Positions 12,461 through 26,622 of a stretch of DNA of 64,000 bases are shown here, piece after piece. Origin of the DNA: Paraspadella gotoi. Lineage: Eukaryota; Animalia; Chaetognatha. A program made the position numbers and the translations under genes. Under the pieces are notes generated by a model. It worked only from the letters and a program-made list of their open reading frames with translations. It ran no database searches and was not told where the DNA came from. Position 1 is the stretch's first letter; each line of letters opens with the position of its first letter. The stretch spans positions 5,847,074 to 5,911,073 of the forward strand of contig JBJCIZ010000239.1 of NCBI GenBank assembly GCA_051294375.1, read 5' to 3'.

Positions 12461-15400
12461 CAAAGAGAAAAGAAACAGAGTGAGAGAGAGAGAGAGAGAG
12501 ATTGAGTGAAAAGAGAACCAGTGGGCCCACCAGATAGTTTGTGGACCGAGAGGAGACTGAAGATATCTCTCTCTTAGCCTCTCTCCTCTTCTCCCCGTCA
12601 CCCTCAGTAGACTTTGGATCATGAAGTCAGTTTAGATAGATATCCGTCAGCTTGGACTTAATTTCCCTCGGTATTTTAAAAACCATTTTCCTAACGGCAT
12701 TTTACACTGGCTTTAACGAATTATTATGGATTTTATGACGGAGTTTGATGCATTTCTTAGAAAATTACCTTCGATTTATCTATGATTTCTCTTACAATTG
12801 TCCTTCGAGATTATACTCTGATATAGAAGGTCAGTGGAATGCCTTGTCGGATTTTGCGGTATTTATAGCCGAGCTATTCCTGGACCCAAACTGGAATATT
12901 ACTGTTGGAGCGCGTAGAGAGACGGAGAACTTCTCTACAGTAGGAAATGAATTTTCGCATTCGAAAAACAGCATCGCTTCTTTCAAGGTATTTCAGTTGA
13001 TATGAATTAACGTCTGAATTGCAGATGGGTGAGGTCCTTGTCTACAAACATACTGGGACGGTTAATCAAGGTGGACGTCGCAAGTGATGTCATGATGTGA
13101 TAGAAGTGATTATGATTTACGTTTGATGAATGATTGGAGTTATGCTTGATTAATGATTGAATTTAATTATTAGAAATGAATTCGAATTTTAACATTGGAT
13201 TGGTTTCATGTGATTTGATTGTTTTCTATGATCATCTTTGCAAGAAACATTTTCTCTCTAAAAATATAAACGAGTTTATATTTTAAGAGATGAACAAATA
13301 TAAAAGAAAACGCATAACAATAATTATTTCAATGAATATACTTAATATGATTTATTGTATCACAGTTTAAATGAGTAAAATTATACGCTTTTTATTTATG
13401 AGAACTTTTTGATTTTATCAATGATTGGTACTCTTTTTAGAGACGGAATTAAATGGTTTGATTCGAAATAATTCAATTTTGAGTTTCTGGATCTCTTGAT
13501 TTTGTTTGAATATTTTTTTGAAGCATTTTCTAATTCTTTTTTCGTTTTTCTCTTTTCGAGATGTCGCCTCAAATAATTGGAACGTACATTGATACAAAGG
13601 ATTGCCCTAACGGATCTACGAAAAGTCTGTTCACGACATTGGAAGTTGATTCGATACGTGAACTGGGCCCTCAAAGAAGAACCAACCTTGCTTTACGAAC
13701 TTTTCAGAACCTTCGTGGCAAGCAGAGAGATTGTCAAAATGGCACAACTCTCTTCCCAGATGACACGAAGATTCTTCTGGAAGAGACTATTGGTGAGGCC
13801 AGTCTATTCTGGAGGGACCAAGCTCCAGAAGAAGAGAAGAACGGAAAGTGTGTTTAGGAAAGAATGAGAAAAGTGATTTGGCTTCTATTATTTCCTTTCC
13901 TTGTCCAAACTCCTCTGTGGACTATACAGTCGCTCTATTCTTTGAAAGATTAGAGGCAGATGAATGATCTGGAAATCGAGTTTGATGAACTGAAAACTTG
14001 TGTGCCAATTGAACGGAATTCGCAGGATGAATGATGCGTAGTGATTCAAAAGAAGCTGTCTCTGAGGCTTTAATGAAATAAAAGAAAAGTATGAAACTGA
14101 AATTAAGCAACTCAGAAGAAGAACTCGATTCTACAAAAAGAAGAACTTGAAAAATGAAAGAAAGAAAAATTCGACTCTTCTCTCTAACACTATCCTTAAG
14201 CGGTGTGGGGCGACGAAATAGACATCTCAACCACCAATACCCATTGTTACTTCTTCGCCCAAGAAACCCTCAAAGTGGTGGGGGCACAGTTGAAACCGAA
14301 AATTTATTGGCACTTCGTCTCCACTGAAACGAAAAAGGACAATCCTCATTGAAACTGAACATCAGGTATGATTTAAGAAAAAGCATGGTTGCTATCATTG
14401 CAAAGAAACATATATAGAGAGTTGCATCTTTCAAGAAATTGATTCCAAATCAAAGAGCAAATGTTGCATACGAAGGAGGATTATGTTTAAAGTGTGTTCA
14501 GAAGAAGAGGTGCCTATCTTTGCAAAAGATTGCCATTGTTTCACTAACGCAAATATGCTAGATATGGCATTCTCCTTTTTTGTCAGGTAAAAGGAACACC
14601 ATACCCATCCTTCAGATTATTTCATGAATCCAATAAGAGAGGAGAATACGGAAGAGAACGGGATAGAAACCGCCCAATCAGGCGGTTTGGGGTGTTCTGG
14701 TTCGTGTTGATTTACGAACGACAGGACTAGAGGACATATTGTGTTACTCATTGATAATCTTATGTTCCAACTTATGGACGTTAGGTGCATAGTTTATATG
14801 TGGATGTGCATCTGTTTTTGCCTAACGCTTTGATGGACGCTTTTCTAACTGGTGTATTCCGCTTGAGGCAATAATCAACAGTCACAATAAAAACTGAATT
14901 AGAAAACGAATAAGAATATTCCTTGTGTACTGGAAGAGGCCTTTCGATAAATGTGCACACAGTCATTAATGTCTTCCACCTAATTGGCAATGAGTAAATT
15001 GTGTATAGTGACAAATAATGCATCCTATTACTATGGTAAAATAGCATTAGTCATAGCTGCACTAGAACATACATTATACTGTTATTTTCAACTAGACACG
15101 TAGCGTTATTATTATGGTCGTGAGCTCAAGTGAGTGGAGCCGCACCACTGCTCAACTTTTTATCCTTATATTCTTCTTGGAGAGCGGACCGATTTTTGCA
15201 AGGTCTTGCCAAACGCTGAGCGATTTTTCTGCCAATTATTTCTGGTTTTCTATTTCAGTGTATAGAGTTTACGGATTAAGACTGGTTAACTAGTGTTATA
15301 ATACTGAGGGACTATTTGTTAACCGTAAGAGAGTATACTTTTATTTCTTAAGAAGACGCTCACAACCATCACTTGGACGTGGTCTATCACTCGTTTAAGA

Positions 15401-18400
15401 GCAAGGGAGCAGAAGCGTTGAATTCTTTCTGGTACAAATCCTTTGAGGAGGTGAGTGTCGATGGAGATTCGTGAACGACGAAACTGTGCATGCACCAAAT
15501 ATTTCCTACGAGCTCGACGGCGACGCCAGGCAACCTGTGAGGTAGTGAGGCGACAGCCCTCACGGCAGTGTACCGAGAGAGAAGTCGCAGCCAATTTCAG
15601 GAGGCGACCTACGCTCGTGCAACGTCTCAGCTTTGAAATTCTTGCAGGCTTCGACAGTTGTCTACATTATACTTGCTTTGTATTACAGCTAGCCCAGCAA
15701 TGGAAAGCCTTTGTCTACGTTGCGATGCGCAAGTATGCTCATTTTTAAGGATTGCAGCTCCGATATGATAGAGTTTCAATATTTATTTGTACATCTGGCT
15801 CTAAATATTAGATGATTATCAATGATAATATGATATGATCTATATCGCCACATGATTATTAATGAGAATGATCCTCATTATGACCTTCTTAGTTGTATTT
15901 TTACTCCATTTACACCATTAAATACATTATATTTTATCTTATAGAAATGTCTTCATCTCTATGTGCGACCGGTAGATTATGTGCTTCTATCCAGATTTAG
16001 TGTAGCTCAATCCATCATATTCTAAATCTCTGATAACAATGTAAATCAATAAGAATTACATTAAATTCACTGGATTACACCAAAGACTATCGAATCTATT
16101 TTTGGTGGTCACTCTTCTAACCATCTTGAAATTACAATTGAATGTTGAAATGTACATGTTCTTGAGAGACATTCATTCGTATATCAATGCCATAGGCATG
16201 TGAGAAGCTGTGAGTTAGATAACGTTGGATACATGTGATAGAAGCATTGTATGATGGTATGCTGCTCATGAATTATTCGAAAACTACTGAATTCTTCAGG
16301 AACCAAGTATTTCTTTGTGATCCAGCTATACCATAATATCCGCATTCTGATTGTGTACTTCACTCAATACTCTTTCCTCTGATTGTCGCTAAGGTATGCA
16401 TCATCTTGGAGTGTGCTATTCACTGAGGAATGCAATTAGGACTGGAGCCGCCTCTCTTACACTGTGAGGTTTATCATCCTCTCTCAGGATTAGAGTATGA
16501 GGCTGGTGTATCCCTGTGAAGGAAGTGTCAGCAATTTGTGCCATTTGCCAATCTTATATTTGTGTGCTACTGTAAAGTGACTCGAAGAGAGCTCCATAGT
16601 TGACTTCAATCAGCAGAGTAGACGTATTTGAGTGCCATAAATGAATAATGCTTTCATGTTTTTAGAGACAGAGATGACAAACTGCGAGTAAAATGAAAGG
16701 TTTATGTACATAAGTGTGTGGACACGAATACAAGTTACCGGTATGCGAAAATCAAACTTTCCATGTCGTGAACAGACTTTCTCAGATAACATTGACATAG
16801 TTTTAACCGATGTAGGTGAACAAGTAATGCACATTTTGCCTAACATCCTTATTAATTTTTAGCATATACTCATTCACTTGTCCCTCACTGTGTCTTTTGC
16901 AGTTATATCAATTCTGTTTCAAATGTATTGGACTCACCCCTGATGAGTCGACAGCAAGCTGGAACGAACATACAATTTGACAGGAAGAACACGACAACAA
17001 CGAGCCTAGCGGTCAGACAGGACAATTCCCACCCCCACGGAAACAAGGAATTAAACAGAAAGCAAAAATCTGAAACTATTATCGCAGAGGCGCGAAGAAC
17101 GGAAACAGCAGCCAGTGTGCATGATGTCGGATTCTCAAGACAACAAACATCGAGCCGGGGCCCATCTGAGGAACAATCAAGAACACTGGAGAAACAATCA
17201 AAGAGACGCTCTCACAGAAATGCGACTGAAATGGAATATATGCGGATCAATAATTTCTGATACAGGAGAATGGCCCTTTATTCAGCTTTTCACCAATCAT
17301 AGGTGTCCTTTCTCTTTTAATTTTGCAAAAACCATTATTGCGTAGAGCCACTCGAAATAGCAGATTTTGAATTATGTAGCACATTACCAAAGTTTAAGAT
17401 GAGAGATAACATATGAAACTCGTGATATGAAGACCTTCTCTTTCCGACTCTATGTAACTATCAAGTGATACCTGTTTCAGGCCTTATGTGGATCACTTCT
17501 GATAAGTGAGAAAGTAATTTATTGGTGGGGTGAAAGAGAACCAGTGGCCACAGATAGTGTATCACCGAGGAGGAGACTGAGATATCTTCTCTTAATTCTC
17601 TTCATCCTCTCTTCTGCTCTCTGGCTCACACCTTCTAAGTCTTCAGATCATATTAATCTATGAATATCAGTTAGAATCCATGATCGTTCTCGCTCGCTTG
17701 ACTTAGTTTCCTCTCGAGTATTATAACCATTTCTCTACGTGCATGTTTAAGACACACTGGGCATTTAACAGAAAAATTATTACTTGAGGATTTTAATGAA
17801 TCGGATATTGATTGCCATTTTCGCAATTAGAGTAGTGAATTGACACTTCGATGTTACACTTATGACATATCTCTATAAACATTGTACTCTCAAATGACAG
17901 CGAGAATTATTGTATTCTACAATTAAATAATTGAGTCACGAAATGGATTGCACCTTTTGTCGTTTCGGATATATTATGAATTCCGAGAACAACTTTCACA
18001 TCAGGATTTCAATCACGATGAATCCAAATCATTTCAACGTTATATTAAATATAAATCAATCATGGAGCTGCGAGTCAATCTGCAGTAGACGAGTATCCGC
18101 GTATAACTTCGGATCATCTACTGCATTATCATTGAGACGAGAGTAAGAGAGACGAGAAAGCACGAGCAGTAGTGAGGATAGTGAGAGAGGTGAGCGTCAG
18201 TCGGACAGTAGAGAGCGAGAGAGAAGAATAGAGAGAAGAGAGAGAGAGGGACAGAGAGAAGAGAGAAGGAGAAAAAGCAAAGAAAAGAAACAGTAAGAGG
18301 AGAGTGCAGAGAGAGAGAAGAGAGAGGAGAGAGAGAGAGAGAGAGAGAGAGATGAGAGAGAAGCAGAGGAACGTAAGTAGTAGAGAGAAGGTATAGTACA

Positions 18401-20521
18401 GAAAATTGATTAAAATCAGGCTTGAAGAAAAATTAGTAAAAAAGCGATTAACGTTGTGACAACTTAAAATTAAAACATAAAAACTAAGTCAAATTGAAAT
18501 CGACAAAACAAAATCATCTATCTCATGATATAGTCTATTGATATAGTCTACCTAGGTCCTATGATAGGTCCATGATAAAGACTCTAGATTTTCTAATTGA
18601 GGCTTCTGGAAAAAGCCTTTCAAAAAAAACACGTGAAAAACCTTGTAATTGAATAACACGTCGAGCCCATCCCGGCCACGCCCCGCGATGTAAAACCCGT
18701 CCTGATCTCCAACGCGACGGTGTCCCTTCACCGGCATGAAACTCGGTTTGGCGAAAATGGACAGCGATGCTCTTTGTTTCTCTTCAGATTCGCGAGAACG
18801 AGGCGGATAAAGACTCGAAGGAGTTCCAACTGCGACAGAGATCGACGTCGCCGTCTCCAGGGATGAGGCTGCATTGGGCGGAACCAACCCAGCAGCAGCC
18901 CGTCGTTGAGCCACGACGGACGCCGCGGCGGGCGAGGAGCTGGTGGGGGGGGAAGATATCTGAGATTAGAATTCGTCAAGATTACGATTATATTGATTGA
19001 GATCATGACGCTACCCGTGTCCACTTTTTGTTCGTTTTTTTTTGCAATTTAATTTTTTTTAATAATTAACTTAGATATATTTTTTAAACTTATAACCCCC
19101 CTAACCCTTATCTTAAACCCTAAAACTGACCTTGACCCAATCCTGAACTCTAACCCTAAACCCTTTTCCCTATCTCCTAACCCTATCCTCTAACCCTAAC
19201 CTCTAACTCTAGTCCCTAATCACAAACCAAATCCCTAACGTTAATCACTAATCTTAATCACTAACCTACTCCCTAACCTAATCCCTAACCCTAACTATTA
19301 ATTTAATCTTTAACTAAAAAAAATTAACCTAATTCCGATTTTAAGATAAAATGGGGCGTCCTAGCAAAGTAGAGCCTAGTAATGTTGATTAATATTTATA
19401 GTCACCTGTTTTTTGTAACTATCAAAGAAAGGTCTTGGAACTGCTTTGTCATCTGCTTGAATTCTTATTTTCATTTAAAATAAATCTATAAATTAAATAG
19501 GTAGAGACAAAACGTTAAGGCCCTTGACGGACAGCGCCACCATCCTCTCCCTTTCGTCTCTCACCTTCAGCAACGTCACGGCGTCCATGTAGCGCCGGAT
19601 CTCCTTCTCGTTCTCCAGTCGCCGCCCTTTGGGATGGCGCGGCGCCGACGTGACGTTTCTGACGTTGTTGGCGTTGCACTCGACGAATTCCGCGGCGCCT
19701 TTTTGCCAGACGAAGAAGACGACGTCGTCGGGGACGTAGAGAGTCGGCGTCGCGTTGGCCCCGGATGTTGGGCTGGCAATCGATCGATCGGAAAGTCAAT
19801 TAATCAATCAATGAAATTAATAAATCAATTGAAATCAATCGATCAGCGAAACAATCGGTCAATGAAATCAATAAATCAATAATCAATAAAAAATCAATTA
19901 ATAAATCAAACAGTCAAACAATCAATCAATGAAATAAATAAATCAATCAATCATTCAATTATTCCGTCAATGAAATGAATCAATCAATCAGTGAATCAAT
20001 CAATCAAACAAACAAAAAATTAATGAAATGAACAAAGAAAAAAAATCAATCAATCAATCAATCATTAAAATACCCCACTTCTCAATCGGCCGCAGTCCGA
20101 AATCTTCGTAGGCTTCGGCGGCCATCTTGAAATTCCCTTCGTCGTCCACCTCTCGCCCCACCCACCGGAAGCCGCGCCCTCTTCGATGGAAGACGCGCGT
20201 CACGAGGCGTTTCCAAGGAACGAGCGACGCCGGCGGATGGCGGCGGACGGGAGCGGCGGCGGTGGCGGCGGCATCGAGGCGAACGGAGAAGAAGACGGAG
20301 GTAAGCAGACGCGTTCCGTTCCAACCGGGTTGGTAAGTACGAGAGACGCGGAGTCTAAGTTTGTAGTTTGGAGAAAGAAGATGGTTAGGTAATGGGTTTT
20401 AATAAAAAAAATATTATATTAATTCATATTACTAATTACATTTAATTTATATAATATATATTAATGAATGTTTGTTTTACCAATTACTGATGCGGCAAAT
20501 AGGAGAGTCTAGGATCAAGCG

Positions 20522-20603
<82 letters not shown>

Positions 20604-20860
20604 CGTGTTTGAAAATCAATGATTCTCTATCAAAACCTATATAAGAAATTACAAACTTTTTAAAAACTGTCAGTACGGTTCATAAGACAGACAATGTTTT
20701 TCTAGTTTTTTTTCCACACCTCGGCCGGCACGCAGCGACGAGCAGACGAGCGACTCTCTCCAGTTCCTCCAAGTCTTCGTCGAGGATGCCCAGGCGGACG
20801 ACGGGCCGCTCGAGGTCCTCCAAGAGGAAGGAGGAGAAGAAAGAGGAAGAAGATATTCCC
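11950..20860 (-). CDS. Multi-exon uncharacterised protein gene (5' end not found)
   Basis: Exons about 20860-20720, 20354-20079, 19772-19565, 18959-18642 and 12148 to about 11950 join in compatible phases at GT-AG sites: ..LLVAACRPR|LRVSRTYQPGWNG..FGLRPIEN|PTSG..LYVPDDVVFFVWQKG..YMDAVTLLK|ISSPP..GRDGLDVLFNYK|TKVYDTRHMKGSVDFMKFDDG.. The last exon has noise-type frameshifts. Confidence 0.7.
12507..18131 (+). mobile_element. BEL/Pao LTR retrotransposon, degenerate and internally deleted, antisense in an intron
   Basis: Direct repeats 12507 to about 12939 and 17531-18131 with TG..CA ends; TTGAG duplicated at 12502-12506 and 18132-18136; G-rich PPT-like TGGTGGGG before the 3' LTR. BEL-type triple zinc knuckle at about 14387-14585 (CYHCKE..C..KKL..QR..V..GLCLKC..FAKDC..). 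Integrase-like A(V)H(L)EL, SD and PP..H.GG traces at about 16245-16480; C-terminal LTEMRLKWN..GE at about 17210-17270. Confidence 0.8.
19010..19376 (-). mobile_element. TIR-bounded telomeric-like-repeat element
   Basis: Near-canonical CCCTAA units at 19095-19300, ending ATAAAATGGGGCGTCCTAGCAAAGTAGAGCC. Confidence 0.7.
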
Positions 20861-23800
20861 AAAGATATTTATAGCTAAACTAGATAAAGCCTATACTAAA
20901 CTACTCAGCACATTATAACCCAATAAAACTAATACAATAAGCACTCGTATGAGCACTTTACACATAAAATATTACATTTTTTCTTACCGCTCTAACTACA
21001 TATCAGACTTGTTTTTTATGGAGTTAAACCGAAATCATTCTCACCTTCACAACTGCTGCTGAATCTCGTGAAATACAGTGAGTTTGAAAAACAAAGTTAA
21101 CTCTCGCGATTCAAGTTTTCACAAAGATTGGTGTTCATAACAGAGATTAAGTATATATGATTTAGATAAACGATGATACATAATAATAATGTATTACAAG
21201 TAGCAAAATTGAATATTATTATTCATAATAAAGACCTCATTTATAAATATATTATGAACCAGGAGAAAAAGAATGGCCTTCGCAAGCTTGCAAGTCTCCA
21301 CTTTCGCCGACATTCTCAGGTTCTTCGGCGTCGACTCAAGTTCCGTATTAAGGAAGAACTTTCCAAAACGAGATCGAGAAATATTGTGCTCAATTCACAT
21401 TTCGCATCTTCTTTTTTATTTTTTCTTAAGATGCGTCCCGCTTTGAAAACTCCAATAGAGACCAATTTGCTGTGTTCGGTCCGGTCGCATCGATTGGGTC
21501 GATCGGTCCCCACTTACGTTAAAAGGTTAATAAACTTGATTCCATTTAATTATTTATTTAGAAAGGTATAGTAAGCGGATAAGTGCCTTAAGTTGCATAG
21601 TATTCTACAACTGTACAGTTCACGGATCTAGCTAAGCGTTACCGCCCTAAAATTCTTTAATTGTAACTTTAGATTAAAAACTTCTAAAGTGAGGAACGAA
21701 AACAATTATTATATTAGATGAACAGTTTATATAATAAAAAATAGTTGTATCTAATAATTACAATTTACGCCAGTAGGCCATATTGAATATACTAGTACTA
21801 AAACCACATAAATGTTAAAATTTGCAAAAACCATTTTTTTTCTAAGATTTTTTTGCAGAGTTTGGATATTTGTCATAGAGAAAGTTGAAAAAAAAGCAAC
21901 ATATAACTCTTTTTGAAAAAATTCCTTCAATTAAGTGAGGCTTCAAAAATTAAAAAGCTATATGTTTTAAGCGAAGAATTTAACCTTGTTTATATATTAT
22001 AATATAGTTTTTTTTAAATTTTTATTATACCCAACCTCCTAATGAAAGAATTTTTTTAAAAGACATGATCTCCAGAATTTTACTCTTTATTCCAATCTTT
22101 TGACGAGGACATGTGCAAATTGCCCAATCAAAATTAAGAAAAGCCCATTTTTGAAAATTTTTCGGATTTGTATAATGGCGTCAGTTTAACATATATATAA
22201 AATAATAGGCTAACCCTACTGACACAGAAAACTGTGACCAAGAACAATAAATTTAATTTTTATATTCAATTAACTGAGCGATTTACTGATAGTATATTTT
22301 GTTCATGAAATTGACTTTTTAGCAATTTCGTATGTATCATAACTTTGCAGTACGTGATCACCTGACAAAGCAAATACATGACTTTATTAAATTCAACATG
22401 CACCATATTTCATTGAATATAATAAGGTATTTTGATTAATACTTGGCAGATTAGTTAGGTTTACGGCCTGTGACAGCTACGTCATTGTTATTAGTTGGTT
22501 GCTTTAGTTTAAACTTTTCCAATAAGTCATCAACCATATAACGCGTTTATTACACATATCTATCAATATATGTACTCACTTGATCACTCGGAAAATATAT
22601 ACGTTGAAAAAAAAAGTCACTGCGGCGCAACACGTTGGAGAGGACCGTTCTTGGTTTTTTTCTCTTCTTCTTTTTGTTCTCTCTCTTTTCCTTTACTTTT
22701 TTCTTCCTTAATTTTTTAGGCCTTTTTCGCGTGTTTGAAACACAAACAAAAACAAAAAACAAAAAAACCTTGTGCTTACAAGTTTGAACCGAAAAATCTG
22801 TCCCGTTCACAAAGACGGAGCAGCGGTGGCGTGGTTCTGTTATAAACTACTTTACCTCAGCCGATATAACTATTTGTTTATTCATTTATTAAATTTTATT
22901 TTCCTACTTTGAACCAGCTACCTTGGATTAACATTATCAATTTTTAAATGTCCGCGTCGAAAATGGTTTTCTCAGTCGTCGTCGTCGTCTCGTCGTTCTT
23001 TGTCGACGATTTTATTCTTTTTTTCCCAAACTCATTTTGGAAGGAAGGACGAAAACAAAAAACCACAACAAAAACAGACCAACCATCCAGACAAGAACAG
23101 ACAACTCTGCAACAAACCATTCAACTTAACAAAACAACTTCGTCTCCTGGTCAATGACGTAAAGAAATAAATTGGTCCAAAGCAAAATTCATAATTTTCG
23201 CTCAATGGTTTAACAACCAACATGAAAAATCATCGAACGGAAGATATACAAGAGAGACGGAAAGAGAGAGAGATCAAATCTCCTCTCATCTCTCTGTCTC
23301 TCTCTTCTCCCTCCTCCCTCTGTTCTCTCTCATCTCTCTCGCTCCTCTTCGTCTCTCTCCTTCTTGTTTAGCTTCCCCCCACGATCCGATCCTCCGGTCG
23401 CTCAAACTACTTCCCCGTCCCGCAATATCCCCGTGGACGACTCAAACACTCCTCTACCCAAAGGCCTGTCGCTGTCTGCTACCATCATTTCTCCTCCTCC
23501 TCGCTCGTCACTCCTGCCTCCCTTCTCTTCCTCTCCTATCTCACTCGGCCTCCTCTCCGCTCTGTCTCTTCCTCATCGAGACGACTGGACCTTCTCTCCT
23601 TTTCTTCACNNNNNNNNNNNNNNNNNNNNNNNNNAGGGAGAGAGAGAGAGACAGAGGGAGAGGGAGAGAGAGAGACAGAGAGAGAGAGAGATTTGATCTC
23701 TCTTCTCTCTCCGTCTCTCTTGTCTCCGTTCGATGATTTTTATCAGTTGGTTGTTAAAATTGACAAAATTATTTTCTTTGGACCCATTTTTTTTACCATT

Positions 23801-26007
23801 GACCAGAGCCGAAAGTTGTTGTTGTTCGTTTTTTGTTGATGGTTCGGCTGTTTTTGTTGTGGTTTGTTGTTTTGGTGCTCGCTTCGCTCCCAAATGAGTT
23901 TGGGAAAAAAGAATAAAATCGTCCCGACAAGAAACGACGACGAACGACGACGGACGAAAAACATTTTCGACGGAGGGCCATTTTAAAATTGATAATTAAT
24001 CCAAGGTAGCTGGTTCAAAGTAGGGAAAATAAAAAAATAGAATAAATGAATAAAACAAAATATTATATCGGCTGGTAGCCTAACGTAAGTTTAATAAAAG
24101 ACGCGGCAAAACCGCTGGCGTCCGTCCTTGTGACGGCGGACACGAAATTTCGGTTGCATAACTTGTAAGAGAAGGTTTTGTCTTGTTTTTGTTGCTTCTT
24201 GTTTGTGTTTCAAACCGCGGAAAGGACGCCTGCAAAAATTAGGGAAGACAAGAAGTAAAGAACAGAGAGAGTAACAAAAAGAAAGAAAGGAAAAAAAAGC
24301 GCAAAAAGCGGTTCCATTACCAGCGTGTTGCGCCGCAGTGACGTTTTTTTTTCAGCGTATATTTCCGAGTGATCAGTGAATACTATAATTATGTAAGATA
24401 TGTGTGAATAAAGCGTTATACTGGTTGATGACTTAATCTGAAAAAGTTTTAAACTAAAACAACAACTAACACAATAAAATGATCACGGGAAACCGTAACT
24501 AATCTGCCAAGGTATTAAATCAAAATACCGTTATTATATGCATGAAATAATTGCATTGAATTCTTATAAAGTGCATGTATTTGCTTTGTAGAGGTGTATG
24601 CCTAGGCGTAGTGAAAGTTACATACGAAAAGTTCTAAAAGTCATTGAATGACAATATACTGAATGCAGTAAACATTAATGTTGTAAAAAAAATTAATTTT
24701 AATGTGGAGTTTTTGGGCAGTAGGCTATTTTTATATATAGTACTATCCTTATAAAATCCGAAAATTTCAAAATGGGGCTTTTCTTAATTTTGAGATTGGG
24801 CAGAGATTTGAGATTTGCCTGCGTCCAAAAGTGATAAGGAAAATCTGGGATCATTTTTTAAAAATTGCTTTCATTAAGTGGGGTTTAAAAAATTTTAAAA
24901 ACTATATTAATATATAAGAAGTCTAATTTTTGCAGCTTAAAATATAGCTTTTTTTAATTTTTGAGCGTCACTTAATGAAGGAAATGTTTTTGCAAAAAGA
25001 GTTATAGTTCTCTTTTTTTCGAACTTTTTATGACAATCCCAAAATCTGCAAAAAAAATCTTAAGAAAAAAACTGTTTGAAAATTATTAAACATTTAATCT
25101 GTGGGTTTAGTACTAAGTATAAATATGGCCTACTGCGTAAATTGTAAATTTATTATAATTTTTTTATTATATAAATGTCATGTAATATAATAGTCTGTTG
25201 CGTGATCCTCTCAGACTTTTAGAATTTTGAATTAAAGTTAAATTAAGAAAGTTTTACTAGCGGCCTTAGTGATCACGTGAGCTGTACAAGTTGATACATA
25301 ATGGCACTTTAAAGACTTATGGTACCTTACGCGTTTCCTATAAAATATAAATTAAATGAATCAAGTTAATAACGCTTTTTAAACGTAAGTGGGACCGATT
25401 CTCGAGCCAATCGATCGACCGAGGGCCGAGACAAAAATTGGTGCTTATTGTAGTTTCAAAGCGGCGCATCTAAAGAAAAAAAAAAGTAAGATGGGCACGA
25501 ATGGTGAATTGACGGCAATTTTCTCGATCTCCGTTTTGGAAGTTTGCCGCTTAATACGGGAATGAGTCGACGGGCCGAGAACGCTGAGAATCGGTCGGCG
25601 AAAGTGGGCACTTCAGCTTCGAAGGCCATTCTTTCTCCTGTTAATAATATATTTATAAATATCTTATTATAATAATATTATTATTATTACTATAATTATT
25701 ATTATTATCATCGTTATCTATCATAATACTTAATCTCTTTAATGAAACAAATTTTGTGAAAACTTGAATCCGCGAGAGTTAATTTGTTTTTCAACTCTGT
25801 ATTTTCACGAGATGTCAGCAGCAGTCGTGAGAATATTTCGGTTAACTCCATAAAAAAAAACAAAAGTCTGATATGTAATTAAGGGGTAAAAAAATGTATA
25901 TTTTATGTGCTAAAGGTGCTATAAGTGCTATTGTTATAGTTTTATTGGTTAAATGTGCGATAGTTATAGTATAGCTTTATCTAGTTTAGTAAAATATCTT
26001 GGAATAC
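20853..26007. repeat. About 5.1-kb inverted duplication centred on the 25-N gap 23610-23634
   Basis: Colinear reverse-complement match throughout, e.g. 20853-20900 vs 25965-26007 and 22900-22990 vs 23930-24030. Both arms carry indel noise. Confidence 0.85.
21475..22660 (+). mobile_element. HINE-like element with a nested Kolobok-like AT-rich element (about 21635-22355); mirrored at about 24310-25420
   Basis: CGGTCCCACTTACGTTAAAA near 21505 and the HINE 3' end AAGTCACTGCGGCGCAACACGTTGG..CGTTCTTGGTTTT at 22613-22660. The interior matches 28545-29148. Confidence 0.55.
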
Positions 26008-26439
26008 AATATAGTGTAATCCCCGATTTAATATAAAACTACAAAGTGAATAGTCCTTTTTTACAATAGAAACAATTTGTGAAATCATTATGCTACTTCA
26101 TTGATATGGATGCCAGGAACTCTGGGAGTGAATAAAAGAGACTGTGAGAGAGTCTTGATTAAAAGCTTGCAGGATCCCCCTTTGTTGTTATCTTGTAGGA
26201 GTGAAGGAAACATATCCATAGCCGGTCCGGACTTAGGAGGCATTTATAATAGAAAGTTTTTAAATAGGTGGTGCAAACTTAATAAAAAGTAAAAAATTAA
26301 TAAAACTCATTTTTTTTCTACCTTCATTTTTCTTTTTAATCCTTTTCTTCCCCTTACCTCTTGTTTTTCTTCTTTTTTTTTTTCACTCCAGCCTTTCTTT
26401 TTCCATTCTTATAATTCCATCAGCGTAAAAAATAAGGTT

Positions 26440-26474
<35 letters not shown>

Positions 26475-26585
26475 GCTCTCTCTCGTCTCTCTCTCTCTCC
26501 TTCTCCTCTTCTTCTCTGTCTCTCTCTCTACCACTCCCTCTTCTCTCTTTCTCTCGTCTCTCTCTCTCTCTCTCTCTCTTTCTCT

Positions 26586-26622
<37 letters not shown>

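Noticed and set aside
12255-12530. ER/LS-rich ORFs here and at 26409, 29388, 34817, 54954 and 56468
   Set aside because: They are translations of GA/TC, GAAA or A-rich microsatellites and N-gaps.
19565-19620. Tyrosinase-like motif KEIRRYMDAVTLLK
   Set aside because: No copper-binding His motifs in the adjoining exons.
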